Shown piece by piece: positions 13,641 through 27,743 of a DNA stretch of 64,000 nt. Under the pieces are notes generated by a model. The model was given only the letters and a program-made list of their open reading frames with translations, searched no databases and was not told the origin of the DNA. A program made the translations under genes and the position numbers. This DNA is from Schmidtea polychroa (taxonomy: Eukaryota): assembly GCA_044892525.1 (NCBI GenBank), contig CM097885.1, positions 77,066,001 to 77,130,000 of the forward strand, read 5' to 3'. Each line of letters starts with the position of its first letter. Position 1 is the stretch's first letter.

Positions 13641-13893
13641 TTGTTCTTTTGCCACTTACTGTTGCATTTTTAAAAACATTTGAGAGATTTCTTGAATTAA
13701 TAATTAAATGTACTATTTCAATTCATGAATCATCCGTCATTTGTTCTCTTAATTGAAGTATCTAAATTTTAAATAAATAAATTATGATATCGTATAAAGA
13801 CAATGTAAAAAACTATTTACTAAATACTGTTAAAAAATTCTTATGTTTCACATCGAAAACATTAAATAATATTTAATCAAAAAATAAATAATA

Positions 13894-16480
13894 CTACCTC
13901 CGTTCCACAATGGTTGTCACATTTGGATACTTTTGGTCTGATTGTTGAAAATGTATGCTATTTGAGTAATTTTCATAAAGATTTGCTAAATTTGTACTGC
14001 ATTAATTATTTTCTAAAAGTGCAAATTTAAGAAAAAAAATTATTTAGTTAAAAAATTAAATAAATTATTATTTAAAACAATCTACTTTTTTTCTACTTTG
14101 TCACATTTCGTCTTACAGTCCTGTTTAAAATTTGTGCGCGCATTTAGAACATTTAGAGTGTGTCATTTTGTTGTTGAATATTTGCATTTGTTCCTTTCAA
14201 AAAGTGAGAGCTAAGAGGTTTATAAGCACACTCCATCGCCATAAGCCTTTAATTCAGAATATTGGTTTGACTCTGGTCAGGTAATACCCAGCTTTTTTAA
14301 ACAATTTTTAATTGTCTCATGCCTTTTTCACAAAATGAATAGCATAAATTAAATTTAAGTTCCGACCAGTAATTATGAATTTTGATCTAGTTGATTGATA
14401 ATTTTCTTGACCATAAAATAATTTATTATTTTTGATTATTCCTTGATCGAGAGATTGATATAAAGCAGTTGTATTTGGTGATAAATATACGATCTGTCTA
14501 GTAGATTTTCAATCAGTAAATGAGATTGGAAAAACAAAAATTTCATGCAATGTCTTAAATGAATTTCATCAACTTCCATGTCAGACTATAATCCAGATTA
14601 TTTCAAATTATAAATTTTGAAAATAATTTATAACCTTTGTTTTGTTAATAAAATAAATGTTTAAAAAGTTGTTAAATAATAATTGATTACTTTCCGGTAC
14701 TCCTAATACATCTATTTTCTTTTTTGAAATTTTTTTCCAAATATTTGATATTTTTTCCATTCCGATGCAATCATTCAGGCGTTTTGACAAATATATTAAT
14801 ATATAAATATATTCACGTTTTTGAAAACTCAAGGATTTATGTATTTAGTAATAAGAATGGTAGTTTTTCAGAACTATTTAAATTACCTCCTAATAAAACA
14901 GTTACTGGTTCTTTACTTAATTTACCACGACTACATTATTCTTTTTGAAATGAGATTTTTATTTAGCTATAATTTATAAAATATCGATGTCTCATACAAA
15001 TTAAACACGTCTAGGTGCTCATATATTTCTTATGTATGCGGTAAATTAATCCAGTCACTAGAAATTCCAGGCGAAACAGATGCAATTAAACCTTCTATAT
15101 CACGAAATGTTATTGAGTTTCTTTTTTTACAGCGATCCGACTGTTGAGGTCGGAAACCCTCGGAAAGGGTTCGCATATTGTAAATTTTAGCTTCTAAAAG
15201 TATAAATGTAAATAATATATAAATATTACTATTTTTAGAAAAACATTTATAAGAATAAATAGTAATTATGAAATTTCTAAAAATAAATGACATAAATTTA
15301 TACTTAATATAAATAGTGATCAAAATCAATTAGGAAGGACGATTTTATTGGAATTAATCAATCGGAGTTTTAATTACAAAGCGAATTTGATTTAGATTAC
15401 GTTTAATTTTTAATCGGTACACAGTCTTTTGTTTTATTTTATTATATAAGCTAATCGCGTTTATCAATGTTCTCTACTATCCTATTCAATGTATTCGGAA
15501 AATTCAAGCGAGGGAATTCAGGAAAAGTTCTGAGCTTCTACTGTCGCGCCCTAACTCAATAAAGACCTTCATCTTATTTCCCATAACCTAACTCTCGGCA
15601 CTTATTCGAGCAACCTTTAGTAGTTAGAAATATCTTTAGGGCGGTTTTGTACAACCGATCTGTATCTTAAACCAAAGCCTACAACACAATTTACCTCGTC
15701 AGATACTCGCATATTAGTTTTTATATCTTTTGCTTTAAAAGATTATAAAATAAATAATTATTTTATATCGTTTTATTTATTTATTTTTCCTATTAAATTT
15801 CAAAAGAAAACTACGCATCAATCAGTCACTAGATATCATTATCTTTGGAGTTAGATAATAAATTGTGTTAACCTAACACAGTCACAAATCATTGAAAATC
15901 AGAAATGTTAAGCTGTTCTGCAAATTGATTGGCTTTCGTTTTAATTAGATGACTGTTAATGCTCACTCCAGAGTGCTTACTCATCAACGTGAGCAACTTA
16001 TAATGGGTTTTTCAATTTCTGGATAATCTCTACATCGCATTTTCTTTCTTAAGCAAACTGTTTAGCTTCGACACGCAAAATCTTTTAAAAATGTGTTATT
16101 TAGTGAAATGGAGTTGGCTTGTTTTTTGTTGTAAATTAATTCCAACTTAGTTTCGATTTTTGTTAAACAAACTCGTATCTCATAATTTAACACCAACAAA
16201 CGCTCTTTTAAATTGGTTTCAAAATTCAAGGAAATAAACTGATATTTTATTTTATTTTTATTCAAATAAAGTCGAATTTAAATTTTCATCATGGCACACT
16301 TAATTTTCTTGTGTACATGGTTTGACACATTCATAATCTACATGTTCATATTTTTCTCGATTGCGAACAATTCCTATAATTGTTGATTTTGAAATGTTTA
16401 CCAATTTGGTCGTAACTCATATTCTTTTTGCTAATCATTTTTAATATGGCTAATTTATCTTCGAAAGAAAAAGCTGTCTT
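13894..16480 (-). mobile_element. Cluster of degenerate Tigger/pogo (TIGD-like) transposon fragments with an internal insertion
   Basis: CENP-B-type HTH pieces at 16480-16270 and 16265-15900 (KMRCRDYPEIEKP..INSHLIKTKANQFAEQLNISDF). DDE_1 pieces at 15190-14250: DVFNLYETSIFYKL, SRGKLSKEPVTVLLGGN..SEKLP, LSPNTTALYQSLDQGII, FKKAG. A TA|CTACCTCCGTTCCACAAT Tc1/mariner-type end lies at 13894. Confidence 0.75.
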
Positions 16481-16697
16481 GTTCTAATTTATTGATCATC
16501 TAAATAAGATGAACTATAAAATAAAAATTTTATTGACTTAACTTTAACAAAATTCAAAATAAAACTAAAATTTATTTTTTACGGAAATGCATACTTACAA
16601 AAATCACTGAAGCGCAGTTACAATCAAGATTTTTATAATGAATGAACGTACATATAGTCGCCTTAAAATGAAACACGCACAAACACATACCATATAG

Positions 16698-16928
16698 CAT
16701 AGGTTCCCAACCTGTGGTACGCGTACCACTAGTGGTACGAATTGATAATTTTGGTGGTACGCCAAGAGTTTTGTACTTTTAAAAACTTATATTTTATGCT
16801 AAGATAACAAAAAATTTTTTATATATAAAATGCTAGATTTAAAATAAGCCCCCCAAATTTTTTACGTGGTACTCAAAATTATTTTTATTTTTAGTGGTAC
16901 GAAACCCAAAAAAGGTTGGGAACCGCTG
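16698..16928. mobile_element. hAT (Charlie/Buster-type) MITE, 231 bp
   Basis: TIRs CATAGGTTCCCAACC / CAGCGGTTCCCAACC, with a perfect 8-bp TSD CCATATAG at 16690-16697 and 16929-16936. Confidence 0.9.
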
Positions 16929-16966
16929 CCATATAGCATATAGATAAAATAAAATTAAAGTCGAGA

Positions 16967-16999
<33 letters not shown>

Positions 17000-17001
<2 letters not shown>

Positions 17002-17700
17002 GTATATATTTGACTATAAAGTCGAAAGTCGATTTTAATTAATTTTAGATTTCCGAATTTTCGGCTTGAGTATAAGTCGGAAATTTAAAACACCAGTAAC
17101 AGCATTTTTTATATATTATTAGTTATTTTAATTCAAAACATTTACTTCATAAAACAATGTTGGTTATAAAATAATAAAATTTACCTATTCCTAAATAACT
17201 AAAAATATTCTTATAAAATAATTGAATTTACCTAAATAAAAGTCAACAAACAACGGAAAGTTTCTCATATTATCGTTCACATAAAGTTGTAAAAAGATAG
17301 AATTCGAGTCATATGACAACTAGTACATACTAAAATCCATTAAAAACGAGGGGCTCATCGTCAGAGTCACCGAATAGTTCTTGATATTGTTCTGTAATTT
17401 CAACACCAACTGTGTAATTATCGTCGTCACTTTCGTTTACTTCATCTTCACCACTCTCTGTAGTAGCGTCGCATTCATCACAATACTGGTAGAGTGAATC
17501 ATCTTCAGACCCATCCATTGCATTGGAAATTCCACATTTCAGAAATTATTTTTTTATCATTTCGGAAGTATCGAATCCCATGGTTCCTTAACCCAGGCAA
17601 CGACGACCGTTTTATCAGGCTCATTTCCCCCTTTTGTTGGAGAAGCCGATCCTGAACTCATCCATTCAACCCATTTCTTGCGGAGCTTACATCGTAGTAA
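17000..17700 (-). mobile_element. pogo-family (POGK-like) transposon 3' remnant
   Basis: TA|CCGTATATATTTGACTATAA terminus. Minus-strand peptides KLRKKWVEWM, VVAWVKEPWD, FLKCGISNAMDGSEDD and the acidic tail ELFGDSDDEPLVFNGF. Confidence 0.8.
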
Positions 17701-19479
17701 GTTCGTTTTCTTTTTAATTCACTCATGATCTTAACTTGTTATTGTATAATTATATTAATGTTAATTATACTACAACTCTATTTTATGGAGATCAACATTG
17801 GTGGTTATTTTATAGCATTTATAGACAAAGACAACGCGCTCATGGCAGCTTGTTTGTTGACATCTGGCAGCGGTACACTTCAAAATTTAAAAATATAGTA
17901 TTATTATTATTAATTGGTCAAGTTGTATTTAAAAATGGAAACTCCCAGAAAGTTCTTAAAATCTAACATTGTTTAAATATTGTTTTACAATACATACTTA
18001 GAAACAAATATTTATAAGGATGTAAACCGATTAGTACAATTTTTTATATCAGAAAAAGGAACTTGTGAAAATATTTGTATTAAATATGTTTTTATAAACA
18101 GGGTTTGTTATGCTGAGATTTAGCTATAAAGCTAATTAATTTTTTTATATGGAATATCTGCTTCTAATTTATGTCAATCCTGAAACAAAATAAAATTTTA
18201 ATAATTACACCAGACAATAAAAAATAACTCACTGGAGAATAACTGATCTTAACTAATTCGGTCATGCTGATTTCAAAAATGTCATTGGAAATTTCTTGTC
18301 AGATTTATGAGGTGTGAAGTCATCAAATTTATTAACCTTGTATACATGTAATACAAATGCTATACAGTTATTAGCTATCTTTATGTACCAGCCATTGATT
18401 AAAAGTTACAAATTGGTTCTTATTGTATGGGTATTTTATCTATTGATATGTGGATTGTAACTGGTTATTGCATGTATCAACACCGGTGACACAGTTTCGT
18501 TGGAATAACGCTACTCGGTCGCTGCTTAACAACATTAGATCGCCATTTAATTGCATCTGCACATATAATTCAGTTGTAAATGCGATATACATTCAACTTT
18601 CGTTATTAAATCAATCGACTGCTCAAAATCCATATTTCTGAAGTATGAATATCGATGGAACTGAGTTTTGGTATCTTAAGTCCAAATTTCCTAAGATTTC
18701 TGTTGCAAAATTATATTTTTTGATGAAATTTGTGATCATGCATGGATTCTTTGATGTCTTAAATGTCTAGGAACTTGCAGCCTGGAATTTTTTTAATTAC
18801 CTGTTAGCAATTTCCTTTGGGAACTGTGAATAGTTAATAGGTGACATATTGTGTAGCTCTAGATGCAGAATGTTGTTAAAAATACATTTTTGCATTCACA
18901 TTTATCCCCTATAAATTTTAGCCCACTTTTTGACCTCCCCTTGGTGATGTAATAATTACTTCAAAGTCATTTTAAAGTCTAGGTGAAATTTTAAGGTTAA
19001 ATCATTTTAAAATTTCTAGAAAAATTAGTCCTCACAATTCATAGTATAGGCAAGCCGCATGCTTAACCGAAATTAATTTAGAAGCCACTTGACAAATTTT
19101 TTACTAAAAAAAGAGCAACAACCATTTTCCATAATTTTCTTTTATTATAAAACCAAAAGCTTAATCTGCAATATTTTTTAACGCAGATTATCCTGGTGAA
19201 TCAGGCAACTGAAAATATACAAATTTGATGTATCTGTCGTTTCATGTTTAAAATTTCTAAGAATCTTTTTTTATATCATACCCTAGCCTTTACTCCGTTG
19301 GTTGCTATTCCATTTAATAATGAAGATAATTCAAAACTTGTGAATCTTTGCCAAAAAAAGTATAACAAATGTCACACAAATTTTTGTGGTATCACGAAGG
19401 GTTTGTAAATTTGGACATTTTAATACACCTCCCCTAAAAGTCGCCAGCTGTCCTTGGCCTGTCATATCAGTGCTTTTGT

Positions 19480-20000
19480 AAAGACAATGAAAATTTTTCG
19501 CAGTTTGAAAGTTTTACTTTTAATAATTCAATAATATTTTCTGAAAGTCTTTAATTCTGTTCACTACAGTGTGACGAGGTCAACTGACATTCTGAATTAA
19601 TTTCTGTTTCTGGTAAACAAACATATCTTATAAGGAAGTTAGTTGTTTCTTTTATATATTCTCCAACAATAAATGGTTTCATTTTCTTTGCAATTAATTC
19701 AGAACCTGAGCCATTCACTTTAACAATATTTAATTGTTGTAGCATTGTCTTGAAAAATTCCTGGGCAGCATTTGTTTTTTTTCATATATAATCTTATTTA
19801 GTCATATTTCATCTGTAAATTCATGAAAATTCTCTTGCTGTTTTAACATTAGATCCTTTTATATTTTTCATTATTTTCCTTCAAATTAAACACATTAAAT
19901 TTCCATAGAACATGATATGAAAAAATGAATTTCCCTTTCGGCTTTATTTTTTCGATTTTCGTTGCATAACTTCATTTTACAATTCATTTTGCTAAATTGT
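19480..20000 (-). pseudogene. Degenerate hAT Charlie/GTF2IRD2-like transposase N-terminus
   Basis: NLMCLI*RKIMKNIKGSNVK (zinc-finger remnant) and ELIAKKMKPFIVGEYIKE. Confidence 0.6.
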
Positions 20001-20529
20001 GGATCAAATTTGTACAAAATAAATAAATTTGCAGTTTATAATTAATTACCTTTGAATTTTCCAATCACGATGATTTTTAAACAATAAAGTTTATTTAAAA
20101 AATGACATATTTTGACACTGATGAATGCACTGGGCGGAAAATCATAGTACCCTTTGTTTGTCTTTTTTGAAGACAACTCTGTGGCGAAATATTTTCGTGC
20201 CTTGTTTACAAAAAATTAATGGCTGTTTTTTAACTTAATTTCAATTTTTTGTAGTTAAAAAATTATAATAATATTTCTTAATGTGAATAAAATTACAAAA
20301 TAAATTTTCGTATAAATTTCCATAGATGTCACTAATAAATTTATTATTAAAAACCCTTAAAATCCCAGAAAAAAATAACGATACAAACCGGTAGTGTCCA
20401 ACAGATATTTATATAATTAATAGCAAGAAAATAATTTTTTTTAATCTTTTTAAAATTTTTGAATTAATTTCTTTTTATTTAAATTACTACGTTATACATT
20501 TAGTACATTAGATAGTTTTATTGGAGTAA

Positions 20530-20594
20530 ATAAACTGATAAGCTGCAATTTTTAAAATGTGTCCGATAGACACCTCCGGTCCCCTTAGGGTTAA
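20530..20594. mobile_element. Isolated piggyBac-like terminus
   Basis: The reverse complement reads TTAA|CCCTAAGGGGACCGGAGG. No partner end found. Confidence 0.4.
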
Positions 20595-22633
20595 ATATCT
20601 TACAAACTCCAATTAATGGCGTCAATATAAGACTAAATGTAGTTGTCATTATAAATATTCTAAATCGAAATCTAAAAGTAAATAATAAAAATGTAGAAAA
20701 TATCTTGAAACTTATTGAACCGAAAATAGTATATAGAAACAATTGCTCGGTACAAACACGAATCGAAACGATTTGAGATCAAAATGAATTAACCTTAATG
20801 TTATAAATAAATATACTAAGATTGGTTGACAAACGTGATAAAGGATGTCCCAAAAATTTCAATCTACTTTTATTATAGTTCATTTATCAGTACTCATTCT
20901 GAAAAAATGAGTAAAATTGAAAATAATATTTAATGTCAAATTTACAAAATGTTAATTCTATACAGTTTCAATTTTCTTGTATATTAAAATTTTTTTATAC
21001 TGATTTAATTTAATGAAATCATGAAGTTTTATCGTTCAGTAATATCATGAGATAAAATTAAATTGGTAAATGAAATTATAATTTATTCAACTTCATTTAA
21101 TGTTGTATTAACGTTGTTACACATTCTGAATTGATGCCATCAAAATATGAATGTAGATTGAAATATCAAAGTGAATAAATATTTTGAAATGGTTTCAGCG
21201 TAAGCATACTGTGCACCTCTGCAATGTCCCAATCCATATTTTCTGCTATACCTTAGAGTTTTTTCATCTGTCAATGATCTCTTATTCTGACCTATTTCTT
21301 TAAAATTTAACATAAGTTGACGGGTGAGAGTGAACTTCGCAAATTCCTTGGCCAGTGAACGTGTTCATATTCTGTATTGTTCTAATGAAAACTATTATTT
21401 CAACACCTACTTTCACTGGATCATAACTGTAAAATTGAGACTGCGTCAAACTAATTCTGAAATCCTTCATATTCTTATCTTTCTATAGCACGAATATTAA
21501 GATTACAATATTATTATTTACTTAGAATAGTATTACAAAGTTACGCTAGTGTTTTAATTATGTTATGTGACTTTGACTTGTTTTGTGTTTTTGAGATGTA
21601 GTTGATTTCTCAAAAAGAAAGTTTCTCAAATTCTTGTAACCGGTTGATTCAGATCTACGCAATCTTCGGAAAATGAATAAACTAACAAGGAATTCACTTT
21701 TTCTCCGTTATTTTTTTTGTAAAGCAAGATATTTCCATTATTCATATCTAGGATATGTAATTGGGGTTGATTCTGTTTATCTGTCATATGTGGTCAGTTT
21801 GTAGGATCATTGTCCAACTACTATATTGTAATATTTCATCTCAAATAAAGTTAAAATGAAAGAGTCATCATCCTCAGTCTAGGAATTAGTTCATTATCAA
21901 GCGATTTTGATATTTAAATAGAGAAAAATACTATAATACTCATTAGTTACGTCATTTCGATATTAAGTATAATTATTTCATATTTTTTTTACTTGGAAGA
22001 GTGAAAATTGTTCAATTAATAAGTTTCAAATATAATCATAGGGTATTTGATTGTCAATACTGCACTATTTACTATATATTTTATAGATAAATAAGCATAA
22101 TATGTTTGGGTTATGTAAATGAGTACAAATTAAATACAAATGTACAAAATTGGAGTGTAAAATTAATTAAAAATTATAAAAATAAACATTTTTGAGAAAG
22201 TTTGAATAGGTGACATATTAAAAACTAGATGGATATAGTAACTATTAATCAATAGGAAGTGCCCAGAGAGCGTATATGCGAAAATACAAATTAATTTAAA
22301 TCTAGTTGGCAATATAAATTATTGCCTTTTTGAAGTCAAAATAAGAGGTTTACATGCGTAATAGTATCTTTTTTTGCAGCGCCTTGATAGCGAAATTATT
22401 GTTGTCTAATTTACAGATATTGAAAATTAGTGTAAATATGTTTTAGCTTGCACAATTGTTTTATCGTCGAGCTTCCAAGTCTATTTTCGTTATTATTTGT
22501 TATTATAAAGCAGTAATTCTAAAGCAGAATTTAATTATTATTACCAAATTAAAATGTAATAATTCTTTTAAGTATTTAAAATATATTCCAGTGCAATCCC
22601 AATATTCAAACAAATAATAATTATGATATATAA

Positions 22634-23783
22634 CAAGGGTGGGCACGCATGGGTTCAATAAGAGCCATTTTCCGAAAATTTATTTTTTACAGAGCCACCA
22701 TAGTAAAGTACATATTTTTTTTTATTTCAATAATTTGATTAAAGAGACTTAAACGCTATTAAAAAAAAACAAAATAATTATTTCAAACATTAAGTAACAA
22801 ACATAAAAATCCATTAATAAAAAGTAATAAAACTTCTTGAATTAACGAAGACTTTTGGTCAAATCTTTGAAATTTGGTGTATACTTTGTTAAAGCTGTTC
22901 GCAGCAATTCTGTAAGATGCTGATTGGTCAACTGTGAACGATATTTCGACTTTACGAACTTCATTGTGGAGTACAAAGATTCACAACAATATGTTGTACC
23001 AAAAATTGAAATTAGACGGCAAGCAGCTTGTTTTAAGTGTGGGTATTTTGCCTCTGGTACGAGTTTCCAAAATTCAACTATAGAAGTAGATTTATGGTGC
23101 ATTTGCAAAGCCTGGTCCTCTTTCATATCTAATAACTCCAATTCCCCAACCGCTTTTTTAACAAGTATTACTTCAGAAATTGGAAATCCATCTTCAATAA
23201 TATCACAAATAAATGGGTTCACAAAAAATGCAAATGTAGATTTATAACTTTTCAAATCTTCAAACCTACATTTGAAATCCGCTTGCAATTCTTCCAATTT
23301 TTCACTGTATTCGTTTACTTTTTCTTCTGTAATATCAATTATATTAGCTTTTATTCGTGGAAAATGATTAAATATTTTCGACCTAAGATCGTTCACAAAA
23401 AGCCGAAGTTTAGCTTCAAAACTAAATAACGTTTGTGACAAATCAATAATTATCTTTTCTTTTCCTTGTAAAGGCAAATTTAATGTTTGCAAATGTTCCA
23501 TAATGTCTGTAAGGAACATTAAGTCAGAAAGCCAAGTTTCATTTTCTAATTCTGGGTATGCTATTCCGCCGCCTACTACAAAATAATTTTAAAAAGCAGT
23601 AAAATGTGAAAAACAATGTTTCGTTAATTTTTGACATTTATGAAAATACAATTGCAACAAAAAATTTTTTCTCAAAACATTTAGTGAAAAATTTCAAAAT
23701 AAAAAATCGAATTCGATTATCAAGAATTCAATTATCAATGAGCCGCAGTTTACTCAACGAAGAGCCGCATTTGCCCACCGTTG
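22634..23783 (-). mobile_element. Internally deleted hAT (Charlie/GTF2IRD2-like) element, 1150 bp, retaining the C-terminal transposase ORF 22842-23519
   Basis: TIRs CAAGGGTGGGCA / CAACGGTGGGCA and a perfect TSD ATATATAA (22626-22633, 23784-23791). Peptides WLSDLMFLTDIMEHL..LQGK and FGTTYCCESLYSTMKFVKSKYRSQLTNQHL (hAT dimerisation domain). Confidence 0.92.
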
Positions 23784-24149
23784 ATATATAACGTTTACAT
23801 TTAAAATCATTCCATCTTGAAATTTGTGTCCCTCTAGTTTTGTGGCATGTGCCACAGCACAACAGGCTCCTTCTTTAAGACGTCCCTGGTAGTGATGGTC
23901 AACCCAAGAACCGGGTGTTTCTAACTGACCCACGTGACTATTTTACACGTCTTTTTTACACGTCTTTTATAAAACAAAAGTAATAAGTAATTCATATCAA
24001 AGATAACTCAATTTGATACATATTCAATTTTTTAAATGTGAATTTCTCCATTTTTATACATATCTTGATTAAATCAGATTAATATGCATATTTGAAACTT
24101 TTTTAATTAACTTAGTGATTGAGCTTTTTTATTATAAAAAAACTCTTTG

Positions 24150-24210
24150 TAGTGCCTCCGACATTCCAAATACATTTAAATTAATATTAATTGGAATGTT
24201 GGAGGCACTA
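24150..24210 (+). other. 61-nt hairpin (20-bp stem, 21-nt loop); candidate pre-miRNA or mini-MITE
   Basis: TAGTGCCTCCGACATTCCAA pairs with TTGGAATGTTGGAGGCACTA (one G:U pair). Confidence 0.6.
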
Positions 24211-25288
24211 GAGTCACTTTAGCTACTTATCAAAAAGTTTATCAATCACCAGAGGTAGATTTAATGATGGGCATACCGGGTATCGTAAAACCCCAACTTT
24301 AATTTTGCGGATAAAATAGACAAGCGATAAATTAATAATATATACTAAAAGCAATAGATATGAACGCATTTTCTCCAAATGTATAAATTATTTTGAAAAT
24401 TTGGTTTACTATGCAAATTTCAAACTCATTCGGGAAACGCTCACTTTTTTGTCTAAAAATAGTAAATAATTATCTCAGAAATTCAGTTCCAGGGTAATGA
24501 CTAAATAATTTGGCTTTTTCATATCGAGAGAACTATATACTTAAAATTATTGATTATGATCAGATAGTTAATAGGTTGGTAAAAACAAAATTTTTGTGAT
24601 TATTCTTAAGCTATTCTTAATTATATTATACATATATCATATTCCAATTTTATTGGAAATAAAACATTAATAGTATATGATATTTTTTATTTATTTGAAA
24701 ATATAGTTAATATGCAGTTTTATTTTCTTCTCTTTTTTAAGGGACCTAATATTTTCTGATGCGCTTTGACCCTCAACCGATTTCAATCTGTCTCTGAACA
24801 TCACTGTTCTAGAGCTTCACTTTTTAATATGCACTGATTTAGCTATTATGCTCTAAGTGGGTCTTAGGAATCACAACATTAAGAAATACATCTTAACTAT
24901 AATGTCATTTCTAATGGCCGACAAAAACCTATAAAGATCGATTTAAGTAATTCAACATTGTCCGTAATTTATATTTCTTTTGTATCTTCATATAAGATTT
25001 TTTCTATTTTGGCGATTTTCATTTCTTAGAATCACATTATTTACTTAATTTCTCATCTCTTTCGTATGAAAATTGACTTATTTTTAATTTTCTATATCCC
25101 ACTTGGTATAACTTTATAGAATAGTTCAAGTATTCATATCATACCATTAGCAGTTTTTTAATACATTTTTTTCAGTTTAAAACTTTTTGTGAAACCAAAT
25201 ATAATTGATTTTCCCATTTAATTTTTTTCATTTTTTATCCACAGATTTTGTGTTAATTCATTTGTTCAACTTTCTTTCATTTGTGCAG

Positions 25289-26126
25289 ATGTTTAGTGAA
25301 TACAAGCGCGAGAGACCTGTACAAGGAAAGGTTGAATTTTTATTAAGTTCTTTTCAAACCTTATCTGCCACTGTAACTGGGTCGCCGACCTCTACAATTG
25401 GTTTTCAGGATTCTGGTCTGGGAAAATTAACAGATGATGTAACTTTTATTTCGGAATTATATACATATTTACCGGAAAGGATTCAGAGTGCCAGATCTGC
25501 TATAATTATGGAATCTTTGCATCGAGTTGTAAAGATTACCGGAGAAGTTTGGGAAACTTTGTCAAAAATATATCAAGATGAAGAACTACAAAGAAATGGA
25601 TGGCCAATTCTATCTACATTGGCTTGTCGGTGCAAAGAAACGTCAGATTCTGTACAGTGGAAACTTGAGCCCTGGGTCGTTGAGAGTGGTCTCTATTGGA
25701 GAGAAGTGCAAAAAGTTGGAAGAAGACGAAATGAAGCTGAATATAAGTAACAAGAATCAAAAATTGATTGCAATAATTTACCGATAAATTGACTACAGAT
25801 TCCTATTAACTATTTCCAAGCAAGCCAAAAACCATGACTCTATGCCAAACAGTGTGAGCCCTACCCAACAGGGTGGAGTAACAGCAAATCAGCTTCATGA
25901 CATTGTCAGCAAGAAGAATGCCGATTTAACGAGTGAACTCGATCGTTGGCGTGATCAAAGAACTCAGGAAACAAAAGACTGGTTGACAATGTTTGCTAAT
26001 TTACATATCGATCATTACAAGCAAATGAGTTCAATGTGGAGACATTTGGTTACTAACGGATATGACCAGCAGCAGCAGCAGCAGCATCACCCTATTGGTG
26101 CAGTTTCCGCCAATGACACCGATTGA
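25289..26126 (+). CDS. Sorting nexin SNX7/SNX30 (SNX4/Atg24 family)-like BAR domain; exons 25289-25746 and 25799-26126
   Basis: A 52-nt GT-AG intron (25747-25798) joins the two ORFs in frame (261 aa). The C-terminus NADLTSELDRWRDQRTQETKDWLTMFANLHIDHYKQMSSMW matches the SNX30-type NADLKADMERW..NIQYYEKCLMAW pattern. No PX exons located. Confidence 0.75.
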
Positions 26127-26739
26127 TTATTTGTCGATTTGATGCGCAAGCATTACTGTGTGATTTGATCAAATATATATTGATTGATTTTCTATTTGAT
26201 TTCCTATATTCCCAATGTTATCTTGAATCAATAGTGATGAAAATATATTTATTTATTATTGATAATAATATTTACAATATATCAATTTGTAATTGATTAT
26301 ACAATTTCCAATATAATTTACAAAATCTGATTAAAATTAATTTAAATTATCGGATTTATTGCCTCAATACATATTACAATATTTATTACAACTCGATTAA
26401 TCCAACGCTTCGTTTTCTTGATCAGAATAAAAAAAACTTGGCCCAATAGGCTTTATTTATATCACAATTGTACCAATTTTCACCAATACAATGAGACTTT
26501 TGATTGATAACTGAACCAGATCCAATAGAAAGGAATTTGATCCAATTAGAGCTGGCGGAATTATTGACTTTCTGTTTGTTGCAAATAAGTTGGTGTTAGT
26601 TGACTTTATTTCCTATAACGAATTTCCACTCATGTGATGCTCGAAGGGAATATGTTGAAAGCTTTCATGCGTTGAACATCATCTAATGCTAACTCACTCT
26701 CACACGAACGGTCGCCTTGTGAATCTGAAACAGGGGATA

Positions 26740-26900
26740 CTCACTATTGGATCACCACAAATCTGACTACTTACTAATTCTGGATATTCGCTTTTCAATT
26801 TTCTCCACCAATTCCAAAAGGATTTTTATTGAAAATCGTATAGTAATGTTGTACCTTCTCTAATATCAATTAACCTTTCTTGAAAGTGATCCATTTTTAA
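26740..26900 (-). pseudogene. hAT Buster/ZBED-like transposase C-terminal remnant
   Basis: HFQERLIDIREGTTLLYDFQ*KSFWNWWRKLKSEYPELVS. Confidence 0.6.
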
Positions 26901-27743
26901 ATTTCAGCAAATAAGTTCTTGATCCATTTAAGTTCTTCATTATGACTAGGAATCGTTTTGAATTCTTTTTTGTTACAACTAAAGCACCATAAAACACCAT
27001 AAATTTCTGTTTCTGCCCGTCTGTTAGATCATTACTAGTAACTTTCGGTTCTTTATAAATGTTAAAGTTCCTTGGTAATTTGGAGCTTTGTCGGATTTAA
27101 TTTTCAACAATTTTCCTATTACAACAAATTCATGAAAAATAATTAAAATTATTCTCGATAAGTTGAAATGCCTGAAGAATGTTTTGATTGGAGTTTAATA
27201 AAGATTCTTCAAATATCAAAGCCTCTTTTAAACAAAAAGGATGACACTTTAATACAATTCAACCCCTATATATATTTTGAAATTCGTTACTCGAGCAATG
27301 AATGAACTACTGATATTTCTACAAATCTGTCTCTGCTTTTACATGCAGTTGCCACAAAATTATCTCCATTCTGAGAGCTTTATCTATGTTAATATCTCTA
27401 AATTGTTGGAATTATACAAATTATCAAAATCAATTAAAAATTTGGAAAATTAAAAATCAATATTTTTCGTGGAATGGTAATCGGTGACAAAAGAAATTTT
27501 GAAGAAGAATAAATTGATCCATAGATGGGTCAACCGCCAAAAAACAAATTAATTAATCATTTAATTAAGTTTCAACAAAAGTCATTAATCAAAGGGTGCC
27601 CAACTGATTGTCAGATCAATGGGCTGCCGAGAACTAAGATAAGACAATAAATTATTTAATCTACCCAGTTTTTTGTCAGATGAATGGGCTGCCGGGAATT
27701 AGGAAAATAGGGAGGGGAATATTCAGCCGGATGAGGCAAAGAA

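Noticed and set aside
18500-18790. Possible Helitron helicase remnant (LQVPRHLR, ESMHD, RNLRKFGLKIP)
   Set aside because: The words are short, in different frames, and lack Rep or helicase signature motifs.
26415-26560. WYNCDINKAYW resembling a protein-primed polB motif
   Set aside because: A single short word with no other polymerase motifs nearby.
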